From Eledone cirrhosa (taxonomy: Eukaryota): DNA of 64,000 nt. Within the stretch, counting starts at the first letter, position 1. Every line of letters starts with the position of its first letter. A program made the translations under genes and the position numbers. The stretch spans positions 209,622,001-209,686,000 of the forward strand of contig OZ024742.1 in the NCBI GenBank assembly GCA_964016885.1. Reading direction: 5' to 3'. The notes under the pieces are model-generated. The model was given only the letters and a program-made list of their open reading frames with translations, was not told the origin of the DNA and ran no database searches. Shown one piece after another: positions 40,898 through 54,900 of the stretch.

Positions 40898-42592
40898 GTA
40901 TTGACAACCTCAGGCCTATATCTCTGCTGAACACTAAGTTTAAGATTTTGGTAAAGGTGTTAGGGAAGAGGCTGGCGCTTGTCGTCGATGATATAGTAGG
41001 TGAGGCGCAAACTTGCGCAATTCCGACCAGGTCCATACACATGACAACCTCCACCTCATGCGATACATCATAGAGAGGGTAGGTGTAAACCGGGTTTCGG
41101 TGGGGCTCCGATCAATTTAGATCAACCGAAAGCTTTCGATAGGGTCGACCGTCGATACCTGGAGGCTGGGTCACTGCTATGCACAGCGGCATCTGGTCCA
41201 TAGTCAGAGTTAATGGCCATCTTTCGGAACCGTTTCAGATATCCGATCAGTATTGACTCTCGAGCCTTTACTGCGGAAGCTGGAGCTGTTGCAGGGCATC
41301 CCGCTCGAACCGGGACGCGGAACGGCTGTGTCGGCTTATGCGGACGACATCACCGTGATGGTGTCGGACGCCTCGGAAATCGAGGTGGTTGGCAACTTAT
41401 TGGAGGGATATGAAAGGTTGACGGGAGCGAAACGTAACCCGGAAAAGTCGGTGGGCTAGCAACTCCGCACCTGGAGAGGCAAGTCCATGCCGTCCAACAG
41501 CATCGTTGGGGGCTGGACGGAGGAACCGGTAAAGTTGCTCGGGGTTTGGTTCGGGCCAGACCTAAAGGTAGATGGGAATTGGGATGAGGTGAGGGGCAAG
41601 ATAGCCAGCCTCACCCAGAAATAGGCTGCGAGGAAGCTATCACTGAAAGGCCGGGCGGAGGTGGCGAACGCGTACATCGCGTCCGTCATCTACTACCGCC
41701 TGACCGTCGTCTCTTGCCCCCGTTCGCGCCTCGCCAACTTGGAACGGCTCCTCTTCAAATTCTTGTGGAGGTGAAAGGTTCCGTTGGTGAGGAGGTCAAT
41801 CTGGTGCTAGCACCCTCTACGTGGAGGGCTGGGCGTGCCGTGGCTAATGATGCGCAGACATGCACTGAGACTGTGGCATCTCCAGATATTCTGCCTAAAC
41901 GGTGAACAGGTGTGGTCGCCGTTTGTCAGACGGGCCTTTCCGTAGCTCGTCTCTTTGACTGAGCTGCAGTCCTGGGTCAAGAAGAGACCGAGACTGGGTG
42001 ACTGGCAACTGTAATGTTGCCAGCCACTCACTGTCCTCTATCAGGGGGGTAGTGGAACTTCCACTCTTGAGTTCTATAGAAGATTAGTTGTGGGTAAGTG
42101 TGACGATGCACTCGGAGAGGCTCCGGGCGTCGACGAAGTCGAACTAACCAGTCTGTTCCGGAGGACTTTCGAGCCGGGGACGATGGATAACTTCCAAAAA
42201 TCCCTCGCTTGGCAGTGCTACCGGGGGTCACTGCCGGTTCGAGATAAACTCCACAGGCACGGAAGTGTTGTCAGACGGACCTGTCCGAGATGCGCGCAGA
42301 GCGACGAAACTGTTCTGCACGCACTCGTCCAGTGTCCTTGCATTACTGACTTGTGGAGTGTTGTCGCGTGTAGAACGGATCCGGCTATCGGCCGAGTCCA
42401 TAGTGAAGATCGACCCGCCGCCTTCTTTTGGCCTGGAAGGGCAGGCAATTTTCCTCTGTCTGGTGGCAGTAGCGAAAGAGGTTGTATGGTGGACGATGTT
42501 GAATGGACTGAAGACAGACACTTTTCTCTTCGGCCAAACCCTCGTCAACTTCTTCAAGTTTCACTTTAAAAGGAAGGTGTAGGTGGAGAGAG
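40898..42592 (+). mobile_element. Tx1/L1-clade LINE ORF2 remnant (RT + zinc knuckle)
   Basis: DNLRPISLLNTKFKIL, LDQPKAFDRVD, VSAYADDITV, VKLLGVWF, LPVRDKLHRHG..CPRC..DETVLHALVQC. Many stops and frameshifts. Confidence 0.85.
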
Positions 42593-42607
42593 AAGTTGGT
42601 TGTGGTT

Positions 42608-42661
<54 letters not shown>

Positions 42662-43186
42662 ATAGCGGCAGTAGCAGCAGCAGCAGTAGTAGTAGTAGTG
42701 CTGTCATACTTCGGTTCTCATGATTTATCTAATCTTGTTTTTGTTTTGTTTTGTTTTTTTAATTGTTATTTATGGAATATATGAAGTACAAGAAAGAAAT
42801 CGCTTTTAAATTTCTAATCTTCCAGTATTCTTGAGAGATGGTATCTGTCAGCTTAGTAAGGGAAAAACTGTCGTATTATCTAGAGATATCTTGGTTTGAA
42901 AGTTAATGTTGTTCAAAACTTCATTTATTAAGATACCATAATAACATAAAATTGGATATGCTGCGTATTGCATGCGGCCGTGTATTTATATCTGTACGAC
43001 AGAATAAGATTCAGTCCATATGTGTGTGTGTTTGAGAGAGAGAGAAAGAGGAGCGTGGTGGAGAGAGAGTGTGTCTGTGTGTATATGTGCGTGTGCGTGT
43101 GCGTGTGTGAAGTATAAACGCACATATGTATATATGTGTATGGATACGTTCACATATTCCGATACATACATACATCTCTATCTCTA

Positions 43187-43513
43187 TGGCCCCTACTCGG
43201 TCACGAATGGCCATGGTTTTGCACCTAGAAAGTTTCCCTCCGAGGCACAAGCCTGGACAAGGTTTGTTTTGTGGAAGACCAGTAGTCGCCCATGAATACC
43301 AGTCTCCCCTCTCCACGCCACCGATGTTGTCCAAGGGAACAGCAATAGCCGATACAGCTTGGCACGAGTAACGTCGCAACTCATTTCTACAGCTGAGTAA
43401 ACTGGAGCAACGTGAAATAAAGTGTCTTGCTCAAGGACACAATGCATCACCCGGTCCGAGAATCGAACTCACAACCTCTCAAATGCAAGCCCAATGCTCT
43501 ACCCACTAAGCCA
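43187..43513 (-). mobile_element. tRNA-derived SINE (third family)
   Basis: Minus strand: tggcttagtgggtagagc (A box), gagttcgattctc (B box) and a gtgtccttgagcaagacact core. Confidence 0.75.
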
Positions 43514-43773
43514 TACATACATATATACATACATAAATACATTTTACTGGTTGTTTGCTCAATACAAAGCTTGACCATCTCAGTGTACATGAAGCTCAGT
43601 TCTGGCTTTTTAAACCAGAAATACGTTTAAAAAGCTGTTCATATAAATTGTATATTAGTTTTGGTGCAGCTTGGACTGCCTGTGTATCCTGATGAACGTT
43701 GAAATGTCTCTTTAGACTTCCTTGGGCTTGAAATTTGAAGATCCTGTGGCATATGTGGAATTGGTAAGAGGCA

Positions 43774-43953
43774 CCGTATTTCCCGGCGTCGAAGACGCTA
43801 CTTTTTTCATAAAATAAGTCTCGAAAATCTACCATGCCTCCTGGAGGCGAAGGTTGCATTTTTTAAGTTTATTATTTTTTTTTTCAAATTTTTGGTTGTC
43901 AAAATTAGGGTGCGTCCTCGAGGAAGAAGCGTCTTCGAGACCAGGAAATACGG
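43774..43953. mobile_element. pogo/Tigger-like MITE
   Basis: TIRs ccgtatttcccggcgtcgaagacgc and gcgtcttcgagaccaggaaatacgg. Flanks read CA/CA rather than the expected TA. Confidence 0.7.
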
Positions 43954-43994
43954 CAATTGGATTGCATGTTCTATAGTCCATAGGAAGTTCCCTA

Positions 43995-44350
43995 TTATGT
44001 GCTCTTATATGAGAGTGAAGTCTAGCCACTGACAAGCAAATTCAGCCACAAACTGGACAAGTAGAAAAAGTTCTATTAATTTCATGTTCCCATATTGGCT
44101 GTATTTTTCTTATATTCATCTTAATATTTACTTGCATTAGCTTGTTTTGCTTAAAGGTTTTAACATCATTCCAGATTTTTGAATGCCAGGTACAGCAATC
44201 CACTGTGAGACTTTTTAGGTTCCTCAAGTCAATTCTTACATTCTTCAACTTCTCCTTTGTTGCAACCTTGAACATTTTCTTTGGCTTACTCTGTTTTATT
44301 TTTCCCAGAGAAATTTCCGCATAAAATAGTTGTTTAAGGATACTAATGAA
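43995..44350 (-). mobile_element. 3' coding remnant of an RTE (BovB-like) LINE
   Basis: LKQLFYAEISLGK..KPKKMFK..TWHSKI..CPVCG*ICLSVARLHSHIRAH, the RTE C-terminus with a terminal C2H2 finger. Confidence 0.65.
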
Positions 44351-44584
44351 TGGCCGTTGACTCACACGAGTTTTTCTCCCTTTGACGAGTCTTGCTTTTC
44401 GTCCTACAAGATGCCCAAAAATCATCTTGAGGTTGCCGGCTTAATCACCGACGACCCTACCATGCAGCAGTTTGCACTGGGTTACATTATAACAGTAGTG
44501 CTCCGGAGCGATCTGACAATAATACATTCATACACATATACATGATGGCCACAAATTCGTATTCGAGCATTGCCATGGCCTGAT

Positions 44585-45860
44585 AAAATACTAAAGCGTG
44601 AGGCACAAATGTGACTCTTTAAACAAGCCAAATTCGTTCACCCTCTGGCACACACATGGCAACTGTAGACTCCTCTGGGACTTTCCACTGCTTGGTTCTG
44701 ACTGTGTGTTCTCATATGTCTTTTAAGACCTCCCATGCTTGCAAATTCTTTGCCACATTTCCTACACCTTTTCAGATCATAATCTACATGAGATCTACTG
44801 ATATGACTTTGTTCATGTCTAACCAAATGAGATTTGTTCAGGCAGCCTCGATCACAGTGCTGGCAAACCAGATGTTGCTTAACAGCAGACTGTTCAGAAC
44901 AGTCCCTTGTGCTCACCTTCCTTTTCAGTGTTAGGTGTTCTCTTCGACGAGTTTCAAAGTGTTCACTTCCTGGCTTCATCATGCATCTCCACTTCACCCG
45001 CTCCTCAGCCATTTTCTCCCATTCTTCAGATGAAATTCCAGCGCAAGCCAAGGTGCTCCCGACACAATCCCGGAACCGCATTTTTTGGTTTGTGCGGTGG
45101 TCGCCTTCCTTCGCACAGTTCACCGTAGAGAAGTTGCAGGCATCCGGACTCCGTGACCACACCACCTCAACCGATGCCGAAAGATCATGCTTTCTATACT
45201 CATGCACCTGCTCCGTTCGAGAACTTCCAAATCACCGGCGAACATTTTCCATCGCACCCCAAGTATATTACGAATATATTGTTGGTAAAACCTTTCCAGT
45301 TCCTTGGGGTGCTTTCTGTATGTGACCCACGTTTCACCAGCATAAAGCAAAGAGGAGACGACACAATTCAGATAAACTTTTACCCTGGTGTTAATGGTGA
45401 TACTCCGTTTGGACCATACACGTTCATTCAGCTGGCCAAAAACATCACTCGCATTCTTGATTCTTAAGGATATCTTATCATCAAGTGTGCGTGAATTGTT
45501 CAAAGTACTACCAAGCTAAACAAACTTGTCGGCCCCTTTCCGTACATGTACACACTTGGTGCAGTGTATTTTTTCCCAGGTGCTGGCTGGTAGATCCAAG
45601 CCTATTGTGAGGTCCAAAGCGCTGCAAACTTAAGAAAAAGAGTTCATAATAAGCTGCATAGGACTTTGTGAGTGTGCAAAAAGATCGCAGTCATCTGCAT
45701 ACAAACACTCTCGGATTATAGATGTTAATACCTTCGTGCTTGCACCAAAGTGCCTGATATTGAACAATCTTCTTGAAGTGCAATATCTGATGTAAACTCC
45801 ATGCGAACAATTATTTTTGAATGCCATGAGAAACATTATCGTAAAAATAAGGAAAAGAAC
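44585..45860 (-). mobile_element. RTE (BovB-like) LINE fragment with C-terminal C2H2 fingers
   Basis: IRECLYADDCDLFAHS, RIKNASDVFGQLNERVW, SLLYAGETW and RHRLRWCGH, followed by CQHC..H..H, CRKC..HMRTH and CHVC. Confidence 0.85.
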
Positions 45861-45871
45861 ATACATACGTA

Positions 45872-45942
<71 letters not shown>

Positions 45943-46049
45943 GCATGCATGCATGCATACATACATACATACATACATACATACATACATACATACATAC
46001 ATACATACATACATACATAAATACATACATGCATGCATACATACAAGCT

Positions 46050-48590
46050 CCTACACTACAACAAAAACGTACGAAATAAGTGAGGGTACCCTTGAGACTG
46101 TGATAGGAAAACTTCAAAATAAGAAAACACCAGGAAGAGACATGATTGTCGGCTACTTGTACAAAAAGTTGATATTCTATCAGAGGTATCTTACCGACCT
46201 CTAACAACAAGTTCTTAAGGGAGATACACTTATACCAGAATGGTTGACATTAGCACAAACATTACTGGTCCCCAAGAACAAAGACACACCCACTTGGCAA
46301 AAAACTACCGACCCATTGCATGCCAGAACCTGATGTATAAGATGTATACAGCCCGCCTTAACCTATTCCCCCAAGATCACTTTGAAAATAATAACATCAT
46401 TACAGATGAACAAGCAGCTGGAAAGAAAGGGGTTTGGGGATGTGCTGAACAACTCCTAATCACCAAAACCGCGATATCGGAGGTGCGACAACTTAGGAGG
46501 AATATGGCTACAGTCTGGCTGGACTACAGGAAAGCTTTCGATTCTGTTTCCCACTCTTGGGTGATAGAGGCCCTCCAACTTGCTAAAGTCCCAGACATTA
46601 TTATCAGAGACATAATGAAGTTGTCTTCTTCTGGGCTACTATCCTAAGGTTAAAGACAGTGAGGGAGGACTCTATTTTCACTGATAAAATAAAATATCGC
46701 AGCGGTATATTTCAGGGAGACAATCTCTCTGTGATATTATTCATCCTGTCATTGAACCCCTTTTCCTTTCTGCTCAAGAAATGTGAAGGATACATCATTG
46801 GCTCACAGGGGGCCAGAAATACGAACCTAACCCATAATTTCTTTGTGGATGACCTGGAACTCTATGACAAGAACATGGATGGGATGAAGAAAAATCTTGA
46901 CCTGGTTACAACGTTCTCAAATAATATAGGAATGGAGTTTGGCCGTGATAAATGCTCATATATGAATGTAAAGCAGGGAAAAACAACAAACCGGTCTAGC
47001 AACATTGTCATCAATGGCCTAAATGTTTCACCGATATCTGATGAGGACTGCTACAGATACCTGGAGATAGATGAGAACATATCCTATAATGGTATCTGTA
47101 ATAAGGAACGCGTAACCAGGGAATACTACACGCGATTAAGAAAGATTTGGTCATCGGAACTCTCTGCGCAAAACAAAACAGTGGCTCACAATGTGTTTGC
47201 TGTGCCTGTCCTAACACCAACGTTTGGAATACTCAATTGAACGATAGACGAAATCCGAGCAGTTGATGTTAGAACTCGAAAAATACTAAACAACACCGGA
47301 AACTTCCACATCAACAGTGAGATAGACCGCCTTTACTTGAAACGTAAGCAGGGAGGCAGCGGCCTAACATCAGTCCAGACAGCATTTGAATGTCGCGTCA
47401 TATCCCTCCGACAACATCTACGAACCTCGAAGCGTAGGAGCCCGTATTTCGAGCAAGTCTATCTGCATGAAACAGATAGATCATGAGAGTTGGGAAGGAA
47501 CTCCTCGAGAGATATTCCCTGTGTGATAATCAAAAGGTCACACCCAGGGAAGTCGTTCAGCAGAATCGCAGTGAATCCATGGATGAAAAACTATATGCTT
47601 ATCAGCAAAAATTCATGCATGGATATGTTGCCAGGAGACTCCAGAGTGAGAGTAATATAAATAAGGAAAGTAGTCTATCTTGAACCAACAACGGCTATAT
47701 TGGCTCCCACTTTGAAGGATACGCTTTTGCATCTTCAAGAACAGGAAATTAACACGAAATACCTGATTCACCAAAGAGATAGGGATGCAGGCAAAACACC
47801 TAGATGTGATAACAAGTGCAGACTCTGCAGAATTAACATCGAAGATGTCACCCATGTCATCAGCAGCTGTCCAAAGATGTCATCGCGGTACAATCTACTT
47901 ATGAGGCATGATGTAGTGTCCAAAACACTGTACAATGCAATCCGTAGAAAGGATAGCCCCTTTAATAAACACATTAAAAGCTACAACAATGTGGAAGACA
48001 TCCATGTACATAATACGAAAGAGTACTGGTGGAATGTTCCAGTAAAAACCCCAATAAAATGCAGACATAACAGACCAGATATTATGATATGGGACAGGGA
48101 GAAGAAAACATGCACAGTAGTGGAAATTAGATGTACAGCAGATGCCAATATAATATCAAAGATTAGTGAAAAGGAGAATATTTATGCAGAACTGATGAGA
48201 AACTGCAGATACTCCACCCTGATTACACCTTCAGATTTATGCCTGTGATTATTGGGGCACTGGAGTATGTTAGTAACTGCCTCAATACAAATCTTGAGAA
48301 GCTAGGTTTCACAGGAACAGAAGGAACACAGCTAGTTAGGAAATTACAAGTACAATCCATTAATGGAACAGTAAAAATATGTAAAACATTCCAAAGGTTT
48401 TTCAGCTAATAACTGCATATACACATGTACAGATAGAAATCATATACACATGTACAGATAGAAATCATATACACATGTACACATACAATAACATCCATAT
48501 CTACACATGCATATTATTTCATCTGCTTCAAGAAAAAGAATCTCTGGTAAACGCGAATGAGAAAATACCATAGAACTTTAATATACAAAC
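46050..48590 (+). mobile_element. R4/Dong-like non-LTR retrotransposon (RT + CCHC + restriction-like endonuclease), 5'-truncated and disrupted
   Basis: KNYRPIACQNLMYK, EQAAGKKGVWGCAEQLLI, WLDYRKAFDSVSHSW, GIFQGDNLS, FFVDDL, CRLC..H..C, RHD and RPDIMIWD. Confidence 0.88.
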
Positions 48591-48639
48591 ATATTAGTAG
48601 CGAGAACATAAAAATCTTGATAACATTCTAGAAATAATG

Positions 48640-48958
48640 TTTTAATTGTGTACGTATGGATCCGTAACTCCTGAGGGAGGGCATTTAAAAACCTGGTGTA
48701 ACCCATCTCCTCTCCAGATTTGAATACAGCAGACTTCTTCCACAGAAGGATAGAGAGTGAGATAATGGAAGTGTGAAAGATCTGTAGCGGAAGAATCGAT
48801 CCCAGTACTAGGCTGGATACTTTGATATTATCGATCCCGAATGGATGAATTGCAAAATTGAACTCAGCAGAATTTGAACTCAGAGAGCAAAGCGCCGAAA
48901 CGAATACCACAAAGCATTCTTCTATCCAACGGTCTAACGGCTTTGCTAATTCGTTGCC
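48640..48958 (-). mobile_element. tRNA-derived SINE (same variant family as 9382-9717)
   Basis: Colinear similarity with 9382-9717. Confidence 0.75.
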
Positions 48959-48960
48959 TA

Positions 48961-51900
48961 TCTATTTATTAATTTCAAGAATGTCAGTATTCCGTGTGTC
49001 ATAATTCTCGATTATCATTGGTTCATAGGTTTCAAACGACTCAGCCCACCTCAACGACGCCAAACTTAAATTAATATACATAATGCCAATGAGGGAGTGA
49101 GAGGGGAGAGTGTGAACGCTGTGTTCAATAACTATTAACATGTGTGCGTGTGTAACACGTGCGCGTATGTTTATGTGTGTGTGCGTCGTGCAGCGTTCCA
49201 CAGAAAGTAAAAACTATCAACATGTGTGAGTGTGTGCGTGTGTAAGTTTGCGTGCGTGTGCGCGTTTCCATGCGTGTATGTGTGTGGCGTTCCACAATCG
49301 GCACGCAGATTATCTGTCTGTGTGTCTGTCTGTCAGTCTAACATACACAGAGTTGTGAAAGGAGTAAATAGGGACCTTTCTTTACATTGCCAGATATCTT
49401 TTATATTTATTATTGTGTCATTTTTTATGCATTATGTATATGTGTCAGTGTAGAGACATGTGTGTGTGTGATGTGTGTGGAAATAAGGGGGGAAGGAAAG
49501 CAATAACTATTAACATGTGTGCGTGTGTAACACGTGCGCGTATGTTTATGCGTGTGTGCGTCCGTGCAGCGTTCCACATAAAGTAAAAACTATCAACATG
49601 TGTGAGTGTGTGCGTGTGTAAGTTTGCGTGCGTGTGCGCGTTTCCATGCGTGTATGTGTATAGCTTTCCACAATCGCCACGCAGTTTATCTGTCTGTGTG
49701 CCTGTCTGTCAGTCTAACATACACAGAGTTGTGAAGGGAGTACATTGACGGACATCTTTTATATTTATTATTGTGTCCTTTTTTGACAATTACTCGAAAT
49801 GAATACTGATAATAAAAGCAATTCGACTTTATCAAACAGTGAACTACAGCGGCGACGGCGTGCAGCCAGGAATGAAGAAAAACGGGCCGAACAGCGCCAT
49901 CGGAACGCCGAACTCCAGAGGTGAAGACGTGCCGCCACGAATAAAGAGGAGCTGGCTGAACAACGCCAACGAAACACTGCAGCCAAGCAGCGACGGCGTG
50001 CAGCGATGGTTGAAGACGAACTGGTTGATCATCATCAGCAGATGGCCAGAATTCAGCAGCAACGGCGTGCTGCGCTGGATTAAGAGGAGCTGGCTGAACA
50101 GGGCCAGCGCAATACAGAAGTTCAGAGAATGTGTCGCCAAAGTGCTCCTCATTCCAGTAAAGAGGTTAGAAGGCGAACGAATGATATTAAAAATGGATCA
50201 TGGCAACCGTGTCTTTTCAGATTGGTGGACAAGCAGAGTGTCCACATTGTGCAGCATTGCTTTAGAGGCACGAAAAGAAGTGGACCACAATGTGCTGTCA
50301 TAAAGGAGCAGTTCAACTAGAGCCCTTGCGAATGCCGGATAATGAGGAGTCACCGGAGTTTAAAATACTAAGTATGTGGGGTGATCAAGGAGACATAGGT
50401 AGATTACTGCGCAAATATTCGCGGCAAATTAACAATTCATTAGCTTTAGTATCGCAGAGTTAGTGAGATGTTTGAGAGTGGAGCATAGCAACCGAATGTA
50501 GTCATTCAAGGCCGTTTGTATCATTGTATCGGTAATTTAGAAGTTACCCCAGGAGAGAGGCCTCGATTTGTTCAAATTTACGTTAACAATCCAGATTATA
50601 GTGAATCGGAGGAGGATATCAGGATCGGTTGGATGAAGTTGCCGGGAAATATAACTGAACTTGAACGGCAAAGGTTAAGTGATTTGATCCGTGATTTGCA
50701 ATCATGGCTTAGAGAGTGTAATCCTTATGTTATGAATTTCATGTTGGTGGCTGAACTGCAAAATGTTCAGCAGCAAACATTGGTGATTAAGGCTGACGCA
50801 GTGCCAAGGAATCAACACGAACGGCGATATAATGCCCCTGCAGGATTTTGTGAAGTTGCTGTCTTGAGTCTTGATGGACTATAAGCCTAGATCGAGAGAT
50901 ATCGTCCTCAATCGCAGAGATGGTGGTCTAAAGATTATCAATGAGTCAAATAGGGCATACGATCCATTGCATTATGTTCTTTTATTCCCAAAAGGTGAAA
51001 ATGTATGGAACATGTCTGTTCATTTAGATGATCATGAGAATCAGCATCAACAGCGAGGTGGCAATAGACGCAATAATCCGATTCGCGACTTTTACGCGTT
51101 CCATTTGAACGAGAGGAATCAACAGAGAAATTCCTTATTGCAAGCCAGCAGATTGTTCCAGGAATACTGTTGTATGGCATTCGCAAGGATCGAAAATCAA
51201 AGGCTAAATTATATAGCTACACATCAGCAACATATCAGAGCTGAATTGTATAATAATATACAGGATGCGATAACAGCCGATGATGCCAATTACAAGCAAA
51301 TTGGTCGACGCATCATTTTGCCATCGTTGTTCATCGGCGGCCCGAGATATATGAACATTCGATATCAGGATGCAATGGCTATTGTCAGAAAGTTTGGCAA
51401 GCCAGATTTTTTTATAACGGTTCCATGCAATCCTGAATGGACTGATATTAAGGATGCACTTTTGCCAGGACAACAGCCAAAGGACCGTACTGATATTGTG
51501 GCAAGAGTATTCAAAGGATATCTGAAAAAGATAATGGATGATGTGGAGAAAGAGGGAATCTTTGGTGGTATTGTTGCTTTTACATACGTAATTGAATTGC
51601 AAAAAAGAGGATTGCCACATGCACATTTGCTGATCATTTTACATAGAGATTGCAAATTGAGATGTGCTGAGGATGTCGACAGCATTGTGTGCGCTGAACT
51701 GCCGGAGAGTGAGACACTACGCAACTTGGTGGTAAAGTCAATGGTGCACAACCAATGCGTAGTGGCAAATCAGAAAGCTCCTTGCATGAAAAATGGCCAA
51801 TGCAGTAAGCACTTTCCGAAATCTTTTGTCACGAACACTTCCTGGAACGATGGAGATGCTCATCCCTCATACAGAAGACGGTCGCCTGCCGATGGCGGTT

Positions 51901-54900
51901 TGGTCGAAAATGTAAACGGTTGACAGGTTTCAAATCAATGGGTTGGGCCATACAATCTATATTTGATTATGAAATATCGTTGTCATATTAATGTGGAAAT
52001 TTGTAGCTCAGTGAAAACTTGCAAATATCTATTCAAATATGTTTACAAAGGTCATAATCAGGCAATGATCAATGTCAGGAATGAGGAAGCGAACCAAGGA
52101 GATGAAGTTGGCAGGTTCCAGGATGTTCGCTCGATTGGATCTAGCGAAGCTTGCTGGAGATTGTTCGATTTTGATCTCAATGAACGCAAACCCAGCGTTC
52201 AGATTCAGAAACTTACGGTTCACTTAGAGAATAGGCAAATGGTCTGTTTTCAGGACACTAGAAGAGGTGTCGAAAGAATTGCTAACGCACCACCTCCTAA
52301 GACGAAATTGAGTGAGTAGTTCAAGCATAATAGGGAACATGCTTTGAACCCGGATCAAAGGCAACTCTACTGCGATTTCCTTTCGCACTATACGTGGGAT
52401 AAGAAGGGAAAGAAATGGAATGATAGAAAACAAAAGTTGAGATTCATGACTATTGGACGGATTTGTAATGTCCATCCAGCATCTGGGGATGTGTTTTATC
52501 TCCGAATTCTTTTGCATAATGATTTTTCGAGAGGTAAACAGAGTTCGCTGATTTGAAAACAATACCAGGCTGTGTGTCAACATCTGGGTCTCCTTCAAGA
52601 TGACGCTTAATGGAATAACGCCATAGAAGCTGCAGGAACAACACAGATGCCAGCTCAAATAAGGTTCTAGTCGATTCTAGTTTGTCAAGTTTGTCACGAT
52701 TCTAGGATTCTGCCATCCTGCCGATCGAAGAGAGTTATTTGAACGCCATTGGCGAATTATGGCTGATGATTTTAGGCATCATATTCAGGTCGATGCTGAA
52801 AATTTGATGAAGGCTATTGTTTTGCTCAATATTGAGCCACTGCTTGAAGTTCATTTGAAATGTTTAAGAGATTTCAATTTGCCAATTCCTTATGAAGAAA
52901 TGCGGCAACGTGTCTTAGCATTGAACATGAGATTGCAGCTTAGACGGTTGCCACTCGATCGGAGGGAACTATTCCAGTTTGATCCACTGGAACAGCAACG
53001 TATTGTGGATGAACGTATGCCAATATTGACTCAATCTCAGAGAGAATTGGTCGATGGCGTTCTTCACTTGATTTCCACTAATGAGCAACTTTGTGCTTTC
53101 ATAGATGCTCCAGGAGGCACCGGAAAGATATTCTGTTTCAACACTATGTTATCGGCAGTCAGAGCTCAGAGTAAGATTGCTCTCCCTGTGGCCACCAGTG
53201 GGATCGCTTCCACTTTGCTGAGTGGTGGAAGGATCTTCCACTCATGCTTCAAGGCTCCATTGGCTCCGGATGAGTTGAATGCCTGTAAAACTACAAGACA
53301 AAGTGAACTCGCGGGCCTTATAGGCAATACGACTCTGATTATTTGGGACAGGGCTCCAATGGCACACATATATTTGCTGGGGGCATTGGATAGAACTTTG
53401 AGAGATATCTGCGGTAGTGATCTGCCATTCGGTGGTAAGACTATCGTTCTTGGTGGCGATTTCAGACAGGTGCTACCAATTGTTAGGAATGCTCAAAGAG
53501 CGCAAATTGTCGATGCATGTCTGAAAAAGTCCCCGTTGTGGCGCCATTTCAGAGTTTTGCGATTACACGATAATATGCGACTTCGTATATTCTGGAAAAA
53601 CGAAGAGGCTGCGACATACGGCTGATGGGTCATGCAGTTCGGAAACGATGAATTGCACCACGTTGGTGATAATCAGACTGTAAGAATCCCAGACCATTTG
53701 GTCATGCCACTGGACCGCCAAGCATTGATTGACAGGGTGTTCCCTAATTTGAATTCTTGTTGGCAGAATATCTCCGGGATATCGGAACACGTTATTCTAA
53801 CTCATAGGAATGCAATGGTCGATGAAATAAATTCACAAGTAGCCGGAATGTTTCCTGGGGAGGAATGGTTGACCGTCAGTGCGGATGCAATGGAGCTTAA
53901 TCAGCAGAACAATATGGATGTTCCGACTGAGTATCTGAATTCACTTCAAATACCCAGATTTCCCCCACATATTTTGAGGTTGAAAAAGGGTATGTCGATT
54001 ATATTGCTTAGAAATATCAATCATATAATGGGTCTTTGCAATGGTACCAGATTGATTAACGGAAGAGTTTTAGAAGCTAAACTGCCAGGCAGAGAGGAAT
54101 CGGTTCTCATTCCGAGGATCATGCTGAGACCAAGTGAAGATCTGCTGCCATTCATTTGGCAAAGGATACAGTTTCCCGTCAATTTGGCCTTCTCCATGAC
54201 TATCTACAAGGCACAGGGACAGACTTTCAAGCGAGTCGGTGTCTACTTGAATGATCCAGCAGTCAGCCATAGGCAACTGTATGTTGCTGCATCTCGAGTG
54301 TGCGATGCTGAAGGTATAACATTTGCAATTGATACCCTGAATATTGTCTATAATGAAGCTTTGAGCTGATGTATGCATATCTTTAATGCGATCAATAAGC
54401 GACGTAAATGATTCGGACATTGGTGTCCTTTGATCAGTATTGTGAGCTTTGACAGAGTTATCATTTCTGTTCAATGTCATTTATTGTCGATAATGAGCAA
54501 TAAAAACCAACAAGTATTGGTAAAAATTGCTTTCACTGCTATGTTGCGCAATAAATACCAACAAGTATTGGTAGAAATTGCCTTCACTGCTATGAATATT
54601 CGACGTAAATGATTCAGACATTGGTGTCCTTTGTTCAGTATTGTGAGCTTTGACAGAGTTATCATTTCTGTTCAATGTCATTTATTGTCGATAATGAGCA
54701 ATAAAAACCAACAAGTATTGGTAAAAATTGCTTTCAAATTTGTCGCTTCTGATTGCGGTGGTAATAAAACCTCATCATATGCTGAGTCTGTCAAAAAGGT
54801 TGGATCATATGGCCGACCAGTGCTAGAGTAATACTGAAAAACGATTCTATTTTCGAAGTAGAAGGATCCGCCATTTGGAGTTCAAACCAGGCCACCTCCA

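Noticed and set aside
43440-43513. Functional tRNA genes at SINE heads
   Set aside because: A/B boxes are present, but they run into SINE cores and I could not fold a complete cloverleaf.
44042-44425. TnpB/Fanzor-like ORF (ends TFSTCPVCG)
   Set aside because: No RuvC motifs. The upstream peptide matches the RTE LINE C-terminus, and the cysteines belong to a C2H2 finger (..LHSHIRAH).
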